A stretch of 64,000 nucleotides of DNA from Candidatus Dojkabacteria bacterium (GTDB taxonomy: Bacteria; Patescibacteriota; Dojkabacteria; J137), in contig JAUZRK010000013.1 of NCBI GenBank assembly GCA_030950485.1, positions 9,893 to 73,892 on the forward strand, given 5' to 3'. Below, one piece after another: positions 20,630 through 30,610 of this stretch. The stretch's first letter is position 1. Each line of letters opens with the position of its first letter. The position numbers were made by a program, and so were the translations under genes. The notes beneath the pieces were generated by a model. That model was not told the origin of the DNA. It saw only the letters and a list, made by a program, of their open reading frames with translations, and ran no database searches.

Positions 20630-21667
20630 TTAATACCTCTCCTTCTTATAACTAAAATAATCAGAAACTCTATTAATCAAACCCTTTAATCCTGGAGCGA
20701 ATTCATAAGCTCCAACATAAGATACTAGCTCTCCTGGAAACTTTTTCTTAAACATAGATAGTCCGTACATATTATGTGACTTTGAAACATTATCTGGTAG
20801 GACTCCCCAGAAGTTATACTTATTAATATCCTTAGATCTCATATCTTTAATTATCTCCCAATGTAGTAGATAAGGGGAACTTAATTTCATTAATTCGTAA
20901 TCAGATGTCGATGCTCCGTGAGAGTAGTTCGCTGTATCTTTATAATGGTTTATTAAAGCTCCTGAGATAGCCTTATCTTCAAACTTAGCTAGATAGATAG
21001 AACATAACCCTTTTGAACTTAATTCATTCCATTGATCGATGTAGTACTCCGAATTATAATTTCCAAAACCTTTTCTTAAAGTCGTCTCTTTCATTAATTC
21101 TCCAAATTCAGCTACCTTATCTTTATTCGAAGCTTTTACTATTTTAATACCATTTTTCTCAGCTCTTCTAATATAATATCTAGTATCTTTTTTTATTTTC
21201 ATAAATAACTCTTCCTCTTCTCCAGAAATATCCATGACCCAAGTATCAATTGCTTGTGCAGGAGATAAAGATTTTTTATATTCTAATTTCTCCAGCAATG
21301 GTCTCTTCGATACATCTAGTAATGGATCGAATCTAAACAAATTTAGACTATTCTTTTTAATGTATTCATTACAAAATCTTTTAAATGATTTATAAAAGTC
21401 TTCTAAATCTTCATCTACTAAATCTAATACTGGCGAATAAGCAGAGTAGGCATATTTTGCTATTTTTCTTCTAAAAATTTCTATTGGTAATAATCCTACT
21501 ATTCGTTCATTTAAGTAAACGAGATAGAGATCTATATTTGCTCCTCGTTTCTTTTTAAAATTCAGCCAGTGAATTGAAGATAAAAATGATGAATTTTTAA
21601 CATTTAAGTTTAATTTTTCCCAATCCTCTAAAAGAGCATCTGAATATTTTTCGATTCTAAATTTCAT
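20630..21667 (-). CDS. FemAB/FemX family peptidyltransferase
   Basis: SFLSSIHW, TRYYIRRAEK, YSHGAS, YNFWG and FKKKFPG motifs. True start is probably MKFRIEK at 21667; the ORF-track extension is a heptamer repeat. Confidence 0.88.
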   Translation of the reverse strand: MKFRIEKYSDALLEDWEKLNLNVKNSSFLSSIHWLNFKKKRGANIDLYLVYLNERIVGLLPIEIFRRKIAKYAYSAYSPVLDLVDEDLEDFYKSFKRFCNEYIKKNSLNLFRFDPLLDVSKRPLLEKLEYKKSLSPAQAIDTWVMDISGEEEELFMKIKKDTRYYIRRAEKNGIKIVKASNKDKVAEFGELMKETTLRKGFGNYNSEYYIDQWNELSSKGLCSIYLAKFEDKAISGALINHYKDTANYSHGASTSDYELMKLSSPYLLHWEIIKDMRSKDINKYNFWGVLPDNVSKSHNMYGLSMFKKKFPGELVSYVGAYEFAPGLKGLINRVSDYFSYKKERY

Positions 21668-21699
21668 AAAGTCATTATAACGTAGAAAAGAAGTAGATT

Positions 21700-21739
21700 T
21701 AAGAAGTAAGTAATAAGTAATAAGTAATAAGTAATAAGT
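21700..21739. repeat. Heptamer tandem repeat (GTAATAA)4
   Basis: Units at 21710-21737; related to the (TTCTTAC)n arrays. Confidence 0.85.
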
Positions 21740-21819
21740 CAAAAGTTAAAGCTCAGAAGTCAAACTCCAAAATAGGAACAGGGTTACACACCCAAAGCAG
21801 GAGTTAGGTTTTGGAACCT

Positions 21820-21871
21820 ATGCAGGAGCAGGGATATAATTCATGCAGGAGCAGGGTTGTACCCTGGTCCT
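21820..21871. repeat. ATGCAGGAGCAGGG REP-like element cluster
   Basis: Direct copies at 21820 and 21843; the second forms the hairpin GGAGCAGGG-N5-CCCTGGTCC. Confidence 0.65.
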
Positions 21872-21902
21872 CATGATTCAACAGAAGTTATTGATAAACA
21901 TA

Positions 21903-21937
21903 GAAAAAAAAGGGAGCAGCACATTTTGCTACTCCCT
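21903..21937 (-). terminator. Intrinsic terminator of dnaN
   Basis: Stem AGGGAGCAGC...GCTACTCCCT followed by a T-run on the minus strand. Confidence 0.75.
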
Positions 21938-21961
21938 AAATATTATTTTATAAACTTAACT

Positions 21962-23113
21962 CTAAGTATCTCTTCTCATTGGCATTATTAAATGCACAAA
22001 ATGAGGATCTGATTTATCTTTATAAACTGAAGCAGCAAGTGGACCCTTTGACTCAAACACTATATCCTGTCCTTTTATATGATTTACTAAATCACCTAAG
22101 TATCTAAGAGTAAATGCTGTATTTAAATCACTCTCTCCGTCTGCTGAAGAAATTAAGAACTCTGTCTTACCTTCTCCGACTTCTGCAACTGTAGAGGTTA
22201 GGGTTACTTTAGAGTTTTCAATATCAAAATCAAATAGTGTTCTATTTCCTAAATTTCCTTTAGCAAAAGAATTAACTACTTTAATAGCATCTTCAAAATC
22301 AGACTTTTTTACTTCAAAAGTAAAGCTTGATGAATCAGGCATAATTCTTCTATAGTCAGGATAAGGTCCTTCTAATAATCTAATACTAAATTCTATATCA
22401 TCGAATTTAAAAATGATTTGCGATCCGCTTTCACTTAAAAATACTTCTAATTCATCTACATCACTATAATCTGAAAGAATTTTTGATAATTCAGATAAAT
22501 ATCTAGCAGGAACAATTACTTCTTCCTTTGTAATATTTTTTGAAAGATCAGTTACCTTAGACTCTCTCTTTGATAATCTAAAACCATCTAACCCAATAAA
22601 ACTTATCTTATCCACATTTTCTGAACTAATATCGAATAGTACTCCAGATTGTTGGATTCTTCCAGCTGAAAGATCAGTAGAACAAGAGAATAGTACTTTA
22701 TCCATACTTTCGATAAACTCCTTTCTATCAATTTTAAAAATAGGTTCACCAATTAACTTTGGAAGTACTGGAAACTCTGCTGCACTCATTACTGCAAAAG
22801 AAGCATTTGATCTACTTGTCTTAACAATTAGATTATTATCTTCAAGTGAAAGTTCTACATTTTCTGAATTAATTGCAGAAACAAAGTCTGAAATATATTT
22901 TCCATTAACTGTTGTTTTTCCAGTTACTTCTGTTGTTCCTGGTAACCATATATTAATTCCCATATCTAGATTAGTTGCTGCTAATCTAATAGAGTCTTTT
23001 GTTGTTTCAAGAAGTACATTAGCCAATATAGGGATATTAGGTTTTGTATTTATTGCTTTACTTGTATAAATTAATGCTTTTGAGAAGCTCGTATGTCTTA
23101 ATTTGATTTTCAT
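21962..23113 (-). CDS. dnaN: DNA polymerase III beta sliding clamp
   Basis: PILANVLL, ATNLD, EFPVLP, DGFRLS, GPYPDY and LIMPMR motifs. Confidence 0.97.
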   Translation of the reverse strand: MKIKLRHTSFSKALIYTSKAINTKPNIPILANVLLETTKDSIRLAATNLDMGINIWLPGTTEVTGKTTVNGKYISDFVSAINSENVELSLEDNNLIVKTSRSNASFAVMSAAEFPVLPKLIGEPIFKIDRKEFIESMDKVLFSCSTDLSAGRIQQSGVLFDISSENVDKISFIGLDGFRLSKRESKVTDLSKNITKEEVIVPARYLSELSKILSDYSDVDELEVFLSESGSQIIFKFDDIEFSIRLLEGPYPDYRRIMPDSSSFTFEVKKSDFEDAIKVVNSFAKGNLGNRTLFDFDIENSKVTLTSTVAEVGEGKTEFLISSADGESDLNTAFTLRYLGDLVNHIKGQDIVFESKGPLAASVYKDKSDPHFVHLIMPMRRDT

Positions 23114-23159
23114 AAACTATATGATTATTTTTAATAGTATTAGTATTATAGTAGGGCGT

Positions 23160-23345
23160 GTATATTTGTGAATAAGTTCATCGATTAGTCTGATTATAAC
23201 AGGTTTATCGGGAATTAAAAAATGTGGGTAACCTCTGGGGATAACTTCTCCTTTATTCATGGTGATCACTAAACATAGTGTAAAGTTAATAGATTTTCTT
23301 ATGTGAATAACAATTATTTAAAGCTCTGATAACTCTAAAAACCCA
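23160..23345. other. Candidate oriC: DnaA-box cluster upstream of dnaN
   Basis: TGTGAATAA (23167, 23302), TGTGGGTAA (23223) and TGGGGATAA (23236), with AT-rich flanks. Confidence 0.65.
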
Positions 23346-23472
23346 AAAGCTTTATCAAAATTATATTATAAAAGTATAGTTTTACTAAGTATCTTTTAAT
23401 AAAAGTATTAGGCATTTTTAGAGGTAGTTTTTTTTATATTCATTCTATTTGGAGCTAATTCTAAAACTACTT

Positions 23473-23500
23473 ATGCGGGAGCAGGGTGCAACCCTGCTCC
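23473..23500. repeat. GGAGCAGGG-N5-CCCTGCTCC REP-like hairpin
   Basis: Same family as the 21843 and 41831 elements. Confidence 0.65.
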
Positions 23501-23602
23501 TAGTATTTCTCAACCCATGAGGTCATGCTCGAAATCATTCTTGTTTAATCAATACTATCAATAGGTTATACTATTAAAGAAATAAGAATTTAAACTATAT
23601 AA

Positions 23603-24154
23603 ATGGACATAAAAACATATCTAGGATTTTGGTTAAAAGGAAATTTTTTAAGAAAAAGTATAGTTACTGATAAAGTTGAATCATTAAAAGATTTTAATAT
23701 TGAAACGATAATTGAAAATAATATAAGGCTTGCTGTTTTTGATTTTGATGATACTTTGAGTGATTTTCATGGAGAGAGCATTTCAAATGATATAGCTTCT
23801 TTTCTTAATGAGTTAGACTCAAACAGTATTAAAGTTGCTATTTATTCTAATTGTAGCGATGGAAGAAATAAGGTTCTTTTCGAAATTTTCGAAGGTAGAA
23901 ATTACTTTATCTCGAGTCAGAACGGAAAGCCTTCTCCAAATGGATATATTGAAATTCTTAATCATTATAATCTTAAACCTGAAGATGCTGCTATGTTTGG
24001 AGATAAATTAGGAACGGATATTTATGGAGCTTATCTTACAGGTTTTAAACTTAGAGTTCTCCTTAAACCTTACTCTTACATTTTTGGAGGAAATATCGCA
24101 CCATTTAAAGATAGGTTTGTAAGAAGAGTAGAGAAGTTATTTATTACACATTAA
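23603..24154 (+). CDS. YqeG-like HAD-IIIA phosphatase
   Basis: DFDDTL, SN, KP and GDKLGTDI motifs. Confidence 0.85.
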   Translation: MDIKTYLGFWLKGNFLRKSIVTDKVESLKDFNIETIIENNIRLAVFDFDDTLSDFHGESISNDIASFLNELDSNSIKVAIYSNCSDGRNKVLFEIFEGRNYFISSQNGKPSPNGYIEILNHYNLKPEDAAMFGDKLGTDIYGAYLTGFKLRVLLKPYSYIFGGNIAPFKDRFVRRVEKLFITH

Positions 24155-24163
24155 ATTACTATT

Positions 24164-25060
24164 ATGAGCGATGAATTTAAAGAGATGGAAACTCCAGGGG
24201 ATAACCAAGGCAGGAGCATAGAAGAAGATCAGAAAGCTGGTTTAAAAGAGAGAGATTTTCAACTAGATCCCTGGGAATCAATTGATAGAAGTGTTTTTGA
24301 AATGTTAAAACAACAGAAAATAAATATAGATTTAGGTAGAGAATTAGATAGTATACCAAGCTATCTGGATAGGGTTAAAAATCTAGGTATTGTTTCAGAT
24401 TATGAAATTTTTCGTTCAAGAAAAGGATCAGAATATACAGATTTGTTAGTCAGCCTAACTGACGCTTGTATTGAAAACGAGAGATTTGACGTTTTGAAAG
24501 ATATAAAACTAGCGATTGAGGTTAGATTTAATGAGGACAGAGCTAATCAGATATTTGAAGATATAAATCTAGAAATTTTTCCTCAGATTAGATCTAAAAT
24601 AGAAAACCTCGTTAATGCTGGTTCCTTTAGTAACGTTAACAGCTTTATTGAGAATATTAAGGAAACAAGATTATTTTTAGACAGCTCTATAAAAAGTTTA
24701 AAAGTTAATACTAAAGATTTAGTTGAAATTAAAGCTTTTGATCTCGTAGCAATAGCTATAGGATTTCAAAAAGAGAAAGAAGATAAAACAAGTTTAGGGG
24801 CTGATTTGGAAGTTTTTTATAAAATGATAGTTAAGAATCCAGATATAGTTAGTATTTTAGATGAAGTACTAATACTAGAATTAGATACTGAGTTTAAATC
24901 TCAAACCTTTAGTCTGGCTAATGAAATAATTAGGCAGGATGTAGAAGATGGGAACTATTCGCAAGCTACTCAATTATTACAAGATCTATTCAACAAGGGG
25001 CTTGTTGAGCTTAATGTCTTTAATTCCCTAAAAGCATACATTGATAGTCATCAAAAATAG
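24164..25060 (+). CDS. Hypothetical helical protein
   Basis: 298-aa acidic ORF. Confidence 0.6.
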   Translation: MSDEFKEMETPGDNQGRSIEEDQKAGLKERDFQLDPWESIDRSVFEMLKQQKINIDLGRELDSIPSYLDRVKNLGIVSDYEIFRSRKGSEYTDLLVSLTDACIENERFDVLKDIKLAIEVRFNEDRANQIFEDINLEIFPQIRSKIENLVNAGSFSNVNSFIENIKETRLFLDSSIKSLKVNTKDLVEIKAFDLVAIAIGFQKEKEDKTSLGADLEVFYKMIVKNPDIVSILDEVLILELDTEFKSQTFSLANEIIRQDVEDGNYSQATQLLQDLFNKGLVELNVFNSLKAYIDSHQK

Positions 25061-25385
25061 ATTATTGAGGAAGCCTAAATTAGTATTAATAAGACGAACT
25101 TAGATATCTTTATTTATTGGTCAGTAAAATACTCGCCTTCTGTAAAAACTGTAAATCCAGAGACGAATAGGTCATAAATCTCTGTTTACTTAGGATTCTA
25201 TATTGACAAGAATTATAATACTAGTGAAGGAGATTTCATCACTTACTATAAAATAAATTTAAATCATCAAATGTAAATTGTAACTAAATTGTACAACTTA
25301 TAAACTACTAATTATTTTTTAATTTTATTTATGATAAAGTAGAGCAGAGCTTTAAAATTAAAACTCAGATTTTCTACTTTACAAG

Positions 25386-25402
25386 TTATCCACGTGGATA
25401 TA
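25386..25402. promoter_or_regulatory. Overlapping inverted DnaA boxes upstream of dnaA
   Basis: TTATCCACGTGGATA; the palindrome TATCCACGTGGATA spans 25387-25400. Confidence 0.65.
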
Positions 25403-25531
25403 TATTGTGTTTAGAAAGAAAAATAACTACAAGATTAAATAATTTTTTAGATAACTTCTTAAAAAATTATATTTAATCAATAAAAATAGACTCTGTCCGA
25501 AAAAAATAATTTGAATTAATGCTGACTTAAA

Positions 25532-26935
25532 ATGAAAGTTAGAGAACCTAAACAACTATGGAAGACTGCTTTGGCGCAGATAGAAATTAAATTAGATGCA
25601 CCAGCTCAATTTAAAACCTTTTTTGCTGATACTGAACTTATTGGTATTGAAGGAAAGAAGGCTATAATTGGTGTACAAAATCCTTATACAGCAGACTGGT
25701 TAAAACAGAGACATGAAGGCTTAATAAAAGAGACTATTACGTATGTATATGGCGATAAGCTTACGCCTGAATTTAAAGTACATAATAAAAAGGGACAAGA
25801 ACCTGTGATAGACAATGAGTCAGAAGACTCTCCCTTGCTATCTGCTCAAAATGGAATAATGGGAAATGTAATAGATGTCATAAATAAATCAGGGTTAAAC
25901 ACAACCTACTCACTTTCAAACTTTATAATTGGTAATGCAAATAGAATAGCTCATGCAGCATCTTTAGCCGTAATAGATAAACCGGGTGAAGTATATAATC
26001 CATTATTTATCTATGGAAAAACAGGAGTTGGTAAAACTCACCTTGCCCAGGCTATAGGTAGAGCAGTATTAGAAAGGAATATTAGAAAAAAAGTTATCTA
26101 TACTTCATCTGAAAATTTTTTGAATGAAATGGTAAAAGGTTTGAAAACTGCTTCAATGGAGAAATTTAGAGCAAAATATAGACAGGTTGATATTCTAATA
26201 ATTGATGATATGCAGTTAATTTCAAAATGGGTGCAAACTCAAGATGAGTTTTTTAATACTTTTAATCAACTTCATATTGGAGGTAGCCAGGTAATAATGA
26301 TTGCAGATAGAAAACCAGAAGACATTAAAAACCTTGAAAGTAGATTAAGGTCTAGAATGCAGGGGGGAATGGTTGCAGATATATCAAAACCGGACTATGA
26401 AATGAGATTAGCAATAGTAGAAAAGAAAGCCATAACCTTTGGAATAGATTTAAACCATAAAATTTTAGAATATATTGCAAGGTCAGTTACGGACAATGTA
26501 AGAGAGTTAGAGGGAGCTTTAAAGAAAATATCTTTATTTAATCAAATGAAACCTAATGGAGATTTAACTTTAGAAGAGGTTTCTCATATGTTAGGTAAGG
26601 ATACTAAATCAAAGAGAGAGAAGATTAAAATACCAAAAGTTCTTAAGGAAGTTTCTAAATCATTTGGAGTAAAGGTAGCTGATTTAAAAGGTCCAAGAAG
26701 AACGAAAGAAGTAGCTCTTGCCAGACAAGTAGCTATGTATATTCTAAGAGAGGAGTTTGATTATAAACTTGAAGAAGTAGCACATACTCTAAATAGAAAA
26801 GATCATACTACAGTAATTCACGCGATAGATAAGATTCAAAGTAAGATGATGTTGCAAGAAGAGTTTAATATGCAGGTTGGAAATGTTATTACTTCTATTA
26901 ATGATAGTGCCGTAGTTACTGATGATATTGATTAG
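25532..26935 (+). CDS. dnaA: Chromosomal replication initiator DnaA
   Basis: YNPLFIYGKTGVGKTHL, IIDDMQ, RLRSR, NVRELEGAL and RKDHTTVIHA motifs. Confidence 0.98.
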   Translation: MKVREPKQLWKTALAQIEIKLDAPAQFKTFFADTELIGIEGKKAIIGVQNPYTADWLKQRHEGLIKETITYVYGDKLTPEFKVHNKKGQEPVIDNESEDSPLLSAQNGIMGNVIDVINKSGLNTTYSLSNFIIGNANRIAHAASLAVIDKPGEVYNPLFIYGKTGVGKTHLAQAIGRAVLERNIRKKVIYTSSENFLNEMVKGLKTASMEKFRAKYRQVDILIIDDMQLISKWVQTQDEFFNTFNQLHIGGSQVIMIADRKPEDIKNLESRLRSRMQGGMVADISKPDYEMRLAIVEKKAITFGIDLNHKILEYIARSVTDNVRELEGALKKISLFNQMKPNGDLTLEEVSHMLGKDTKSKREKIKIPKVLKEVSKSFGVKVADLKGPRRTKEVALARQVAMYILREEFDYKLEEVAHTLNRKDHTTVIHAIDKIQSKMMLQEEFNMQVGNVITSINDSAVVTDDID

Positions 26936-26977
26936 AATAGTTTGAAGCTATTAGTAAATAGTATAGAGGAGCAGAAA

Positions 26978-27364
26978 TTAAAATTTATCTTTCCAAGTTT
27001 GTTTTTTGCATAAGTCATCTAGGATGTAAAAAAGTGCATCATAAATATAAGCTACACCATGATCTGAAGTATTTAGTTTTTGATAAGTAAAGAATTTATT
27101 TATGTGATCATAGCTTAAGCTCGGAGAGAAGTTAATAAATTCATCAACAAGTTGTTCTAATTGGCAAACAATTTCTAATTCAAAATCTTCTATCATCCTT
27201 TCATTTAGGTAGTTTTTATATGCATTCTGAGATAATTTCGAAAGCATTTCTCTAAATTTGGAATCATGAAATCTATCCTCAAATTCATCATATTCCTCTT
27301 TATTTTCAAATGACTCGGGAGCACTATTCTCGCCCCAATCTTCATCTTTATCTTTATCAAACAT
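26978..27364 (-). CDS. Hypothetical acidic protein
   Basis: 128-aa ORF. Confidence 0.5.
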   Translation of the reverse strand: MFDKDKDEDWGENSAPESFENKEEYDEFEDRFHDSKFREMLSKLSQNAYKNYLNERMIEDFELEIVCQLEQLVDEFINFSPSLSYDHINKFFTYQKLNTSDHGVAYIYDALFYILDDLCKKQTWKDKF

Positions 27365-27435
27365 AGTAATTCTTTAAAAAACTTTTGAATATAGCAAAAG
27401 ATTTATTATTTTTGTCAGTATGAGATAATTTAAAT

Positions 27436-27699
27436 ATGATCATTCTAAAAACAATAGACAATTTTTTGAAGAGTATAGGAAAGTTTTTAATTAGGCTTTA
27501 CCAACTAACTCTTTCTTTAGATCATTCACCTTTGTGGAAAAAATTTGGAGTTAGAGCATGTATTCATTATCCTTCTTGTTCTGAATATACGTACGAAGCT
27601 ATTGATAAATATGGAATTATTAAAGGAAGTTATCTAGGAGGGAAAAGAGTACTTAGATGTAATCCTTTGTCTAAGGGTGGGTATGATCCGGTACCTTAA
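27436..27699 (+). CDS. yidD: Membrane protein insertion efficiency factor
   Basis: [14 protein letters not shown] and RVLRCNP...GGYDPVP motifs. Confidence 0.95.
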   Translation: MIILKTIDNFLKSIGKFLIRLYQLTLSLDHSPLWKKFGVRACIHYPSCSEYTYEAIDKYGIIKGSYLGGKRVLRCNPLSKGGYDPVP

Positions 27700-27960
27700 A
27701 AGAATTAAGAAAATTCATATCCTACTAACTAAAAGTTCTATTCTGCCTTATCTGCGTAGATCAGTTCAATCTGTAAAGTCTGTGTGCTATTGCTGAGAGC
27801 GAAGTGTTGGTTTATAAAGGAAAAGTAACCTTACTTTAATTTTATATATCTCTTTTTATCTTTGTCATTTGCCTTTTAATTTTTGACTTTTTATCCGGTG
27901 CTACCCCTGAATCACGCTCCGCTGTTCAGGGATTTTTGTGGAGAAATTTTAACATTCCTG

Positions 27961-28000
27961 TCCCTCTCCGCCCTTCGGGCACCTCTCCCAGGAGAGGGAA
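27961..28000. repeat. GC-rich palindromic element with a cUUCGg tetraloop
   Basis: TCCCTCTCCGCCCTTCGGGCACCTCTCCCAGGAGAGGGA. Confidence 0.65.
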
Positions 28001-28033
28001 ATACTTGACTAACTTTCATCTAGATTTAAACTC

Positions 28034-28117
28034 TTCTTACTTCTTACTTCTTACTTCTTACTTCTTACTTCTTACTTCTTACTTCTTACTTCTTACTTCT
28101 TACTTCTTACTTCTTAC
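28034..28117 (+). repeat. Perfect tandem repeat (TTCTTAC)12
   Basis: Twelve exact heptamer units counted. Confidence 0.95.
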
Positions 28118-28186
28118 TTGTTTCTGTAACCCTTGCTGTCTAACTAGTAAATGATTATATTTATATATACCTTTTAATAATTTACT

Positions 28187-30526
28187 ATGTCGAGTCTCAA
28201 AGAATTATTCCTTAAGCGAAATCCATTAAGCATAATGCTCATATTAATTTTAATAATATCTATTCTTCTAGGAGGAATTGCTATCTATAATACAATTCCA
28301 GAAAAAGAAAAAAGCCCGGGATTTAATACTTTTTCTAGTTGTAGAGATATTGAAAAATATATAGCAGAAAATACTAATAATGACTATTGGTATGGCGGTG
28401 TTCCAACACCATTCCCTATGATGGAGGGAGATGGATCATTAATGAGAGACTTTGATGAGGCAGTAGATGTTACAACAACAAATTCAGCTGGAGGAGAATC
28501 TAACGATAAGAATTTCTCAGAAACAAATATTCAGGTAGCTGGAGTTGATGAGGCTGACATTATTAAAACAGACGGGGATTATATATATGTAATTTTTGGT
28601 GAAGAGGGATATATTTATCAGATTTCTGAAAATGGTATAGAGGAAGAAATTGCAAATTTTGAAGTTCCTGGGGATCCATTTGAAATGTATTTAGATTCTG
28701 ACAAGTTAGTTATTTTAGCAAGAGAGAGTTATGCATTTAGCGGATACTGGACTTTAGACAATAGTGAGAGCGGAGTATTTATATATGATATTTTTAACAA
28801 ATCTAATCCAAAATTAGAAAGAGAAGTAAAGATAGAAGGTGATTATATTACTTCTAGAAAGGTAGACGATACAGTTTATTTTGTTACTAATAAATATCTG
28901 TATGATTTTAGAGAAGGTTCAAGTATTGAGAGAGCTATTACAGAGTTTAGCGACAGTAAAGTTAGCGATGAGTATTATAAAATAGCTGAGTGTGATGAAA
29001 TTAGTCATTATGGTACTAATGTAAATTCATTATTGAATGTAACTTCAATTCCGTTAGATATAGAAAGTAAAGTTAATAACAAATTAATTCTTGGTGACTC
29101 TTCAAATGTATATATGTCTAAAGATAATCTATATCTAGCGACAGTAACTTATGAATATGAGGAATGTGAAGGGAATTCAAGAGGAAGCAGAGCGGTTAAT
29201 AACAGTACTATGATGTATGATCCTGAGATTATTAAACCCGAATATGATTATTGTTATCCAGAGCTTAAGGATATAAATACTGAAGTTTATAGATTAGCAG
29301 TCGATGGAACAGATATTGATTTTAAATCATCTGGAAAAATTAATGGTACATTACTAAATCAATTCTCAATGGATGAATATGAAGAGAACTTTAGAGTAGT
29401 AACAACAGTAAATGACTATAGCGGATGGAATAGTGATTCTTATAATAATCTTTATATTTTAAATTCAGATTTAGATGTAATCGGTGAGATTGAAGGATTA
29501 GCAGAGGGAGAGCAGATTTACTCTGCAAGATTTATGGGGGATAGAGCATACATGGTTACTTTTGAAACTGTAGATCCGCTATTTGTATTAGATCTTTCAG
29601 ATGCTGAAAACCCTAAAGTAGAAGGAGAACTAAAAATTCCTGGATATTCAGATTATTTACATCCATATGATGAAAACCACATAATAGGAGTTGGAATGGA
29701 TACAGCTGTAAATGAATGGAACTCTGCAGTTAACCAAGGTATTAAAGTTGCGCTGTTTGATATTACTGATGTTGAGAACCCAATAGTAAATAGTGAAGTA
29801 GTAGTTGGTGGAAGAGGTTCATATACTGCAGTGAGCGATTCACATAAGGCATTCCTATTTGATAAAGAAAAAGAGCTAATGGTAATACCTACAGATATAA
29901 ATGAAGTTGAGAAAGATATTGAAGTTCCTACAGAAGAAGAAATTTACTCTGATTTAGAATCTCTTCAATTGGAAACATTCAATAATATTAATGTTGAATA
30001 CAGTGATTACGAAATAAGAATCTCGAGTAAGATTTCTAATAAAGATGATGCTGTAAAAATTGAGAATCTATTGAAAAATACTTATGGGCTTGAAGAAGTC
30101 TACATAGAAGATCAAAACTTTTATTATGAAAATTTTAAAACGGAAGAAGATATTACATTTGAGGACAGTGAACCAATGGATGTGCCGTCTTCTGAGCTAA
30201 AATTAATTGCACCTGCACCAGAACCGTTACCGCCAGTTGAATCTACTGGTTATAGTGTAGTTGCGTACATTAATAATGACCCATTTAGATATGGACAGAG
30301 AGTCTTTAGCGGATTTACTGTTTTCAATATTAATCTAAAAGATGGAATCGTTGAGAAGGGTAGAATTGGAGATGATGTTAAGCCATATGATAGCTACTAC
30401 TATAGTGGTTATGATGCGAGGTCTTTATATGTTGATAATTTACTATATACATTTATAAACGGTAAATTAAGAGCTAATAATATAAATGACTTAACGCTTC
30501 TAGAGGAAGTAAGATTAGCAAAATAA
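28187..30526 (+). CDS. Membrane-anchored beta-propeller domain protein (Beta_propel family)
   Basis: FSETNIQVAGVDEADIIKTDGDYIY, LNQFSMDEY, GEQIYSARF, VDPLFVLDL and GELKIPGYSDYLHP motifs. Confidence 0.9.
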   Translation: MSSLKELFLKRNPLSIMLILILIISILLGGIAIYNTIPEKEKSPGFNTFSSCRDIEKYIAENTNNDYWYGGVPTPFPMMEGDGSLMRDFDEAVDVTTTNSAGGESNDKNFSETNIQVAGVDEADIIKTDGDYIYVIFGEEGYIYQISENGIEEEIANFEVPGDPFEMYLDSDKLVILARESYAFSGYWTLDNSESGVFIYDIFNKSNPKLEREVKIEGDYITSRKVDDTVYFVTNKYLYDFREGSSIERAITEFSDSKVSDEYYKIAECDEISHYGTNVNSLLNVTSIPLDIESKVNNKLILGDSSNVYMSKDNLYLATVTYEYEECEGNSRGSRAVNNSTMMYDPEIIKPEYDYCYPELKDINTEVYRLAVDGTDIDFKSSGKINGTLLNQFSMDEYEENFRVVTTVNDYSGWNSDSYNNLYILNSDLDVIGEIEGLAEGEQIYSARFMGDRAYMVTFETVDPLFVLDLSDAENPKVEGELKIPGYSDYLHPYDENHIIGVGMDTAVNEWNSAVNQGIKVALFDITDVENPIVNSEVVVGGRGSYTAVSDSHKAFLFDKEKELMVIPTDINEVEKDIEVPTEEEIYSDLESLQLETFNNINVEYSDYEIRISSKISNKDDAVKIENLLKNTYGLEEVYIEDQNFYYENFKTEEDITFEDSEPMDVPSSELKLIAPAPEPLPPVESTGYSVVAYINNDPFRYGQRVFSGFTVFNINLKDGIVEKGRIGDDVKPYDSYYYSGYDARSLYVDNLLYTFINGKLRANNINDLTLLEEVRLAK

Positions 30527-30545
30527 GGTAATTAGAGTGAGATTT

Positions 30546-30580
30546 AGAAGCATCCAGTAAACACTGGATGCTTCTTTGTT
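30546..30580 (+). terminator. Intrinsic terminator
   Basis: Stem AGAAGCATCCAGT/ACTGGATGCTTCT followed by a T-rich tail. Confidence 0.75.
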
Positions 30581-30610
30581 ATAATAGAATATAAATTAAA
30601 TGTTGAATAA

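Noticed and set aside
21668-21742. N-terminal extension MTYYLLLITYYLLL of the femX ORF
   Set aside because: It derives from the heptamer repeat; the Fem domain starts at 21667.
21776-21871. Possible mini-CRISPR (GCAGGAGCAGGG repeats)
   Set aside because: Repeats are about 14 bp with about 9-bp spacers, and there are no cas genes; this fits a REP-like cluster.
25061-25531. tRNA or ncRNA in the long spacer upstream of dnaA
   Set aside because: No cloverleaf or strong stem was seen; it is AT-rich promoter or origin-like DNA.
27936-28154. 72-aa ORF with SYFLLLT repeats
   Set aside because: It is a translation of the (TTCTTAC)12 array and palindromes.
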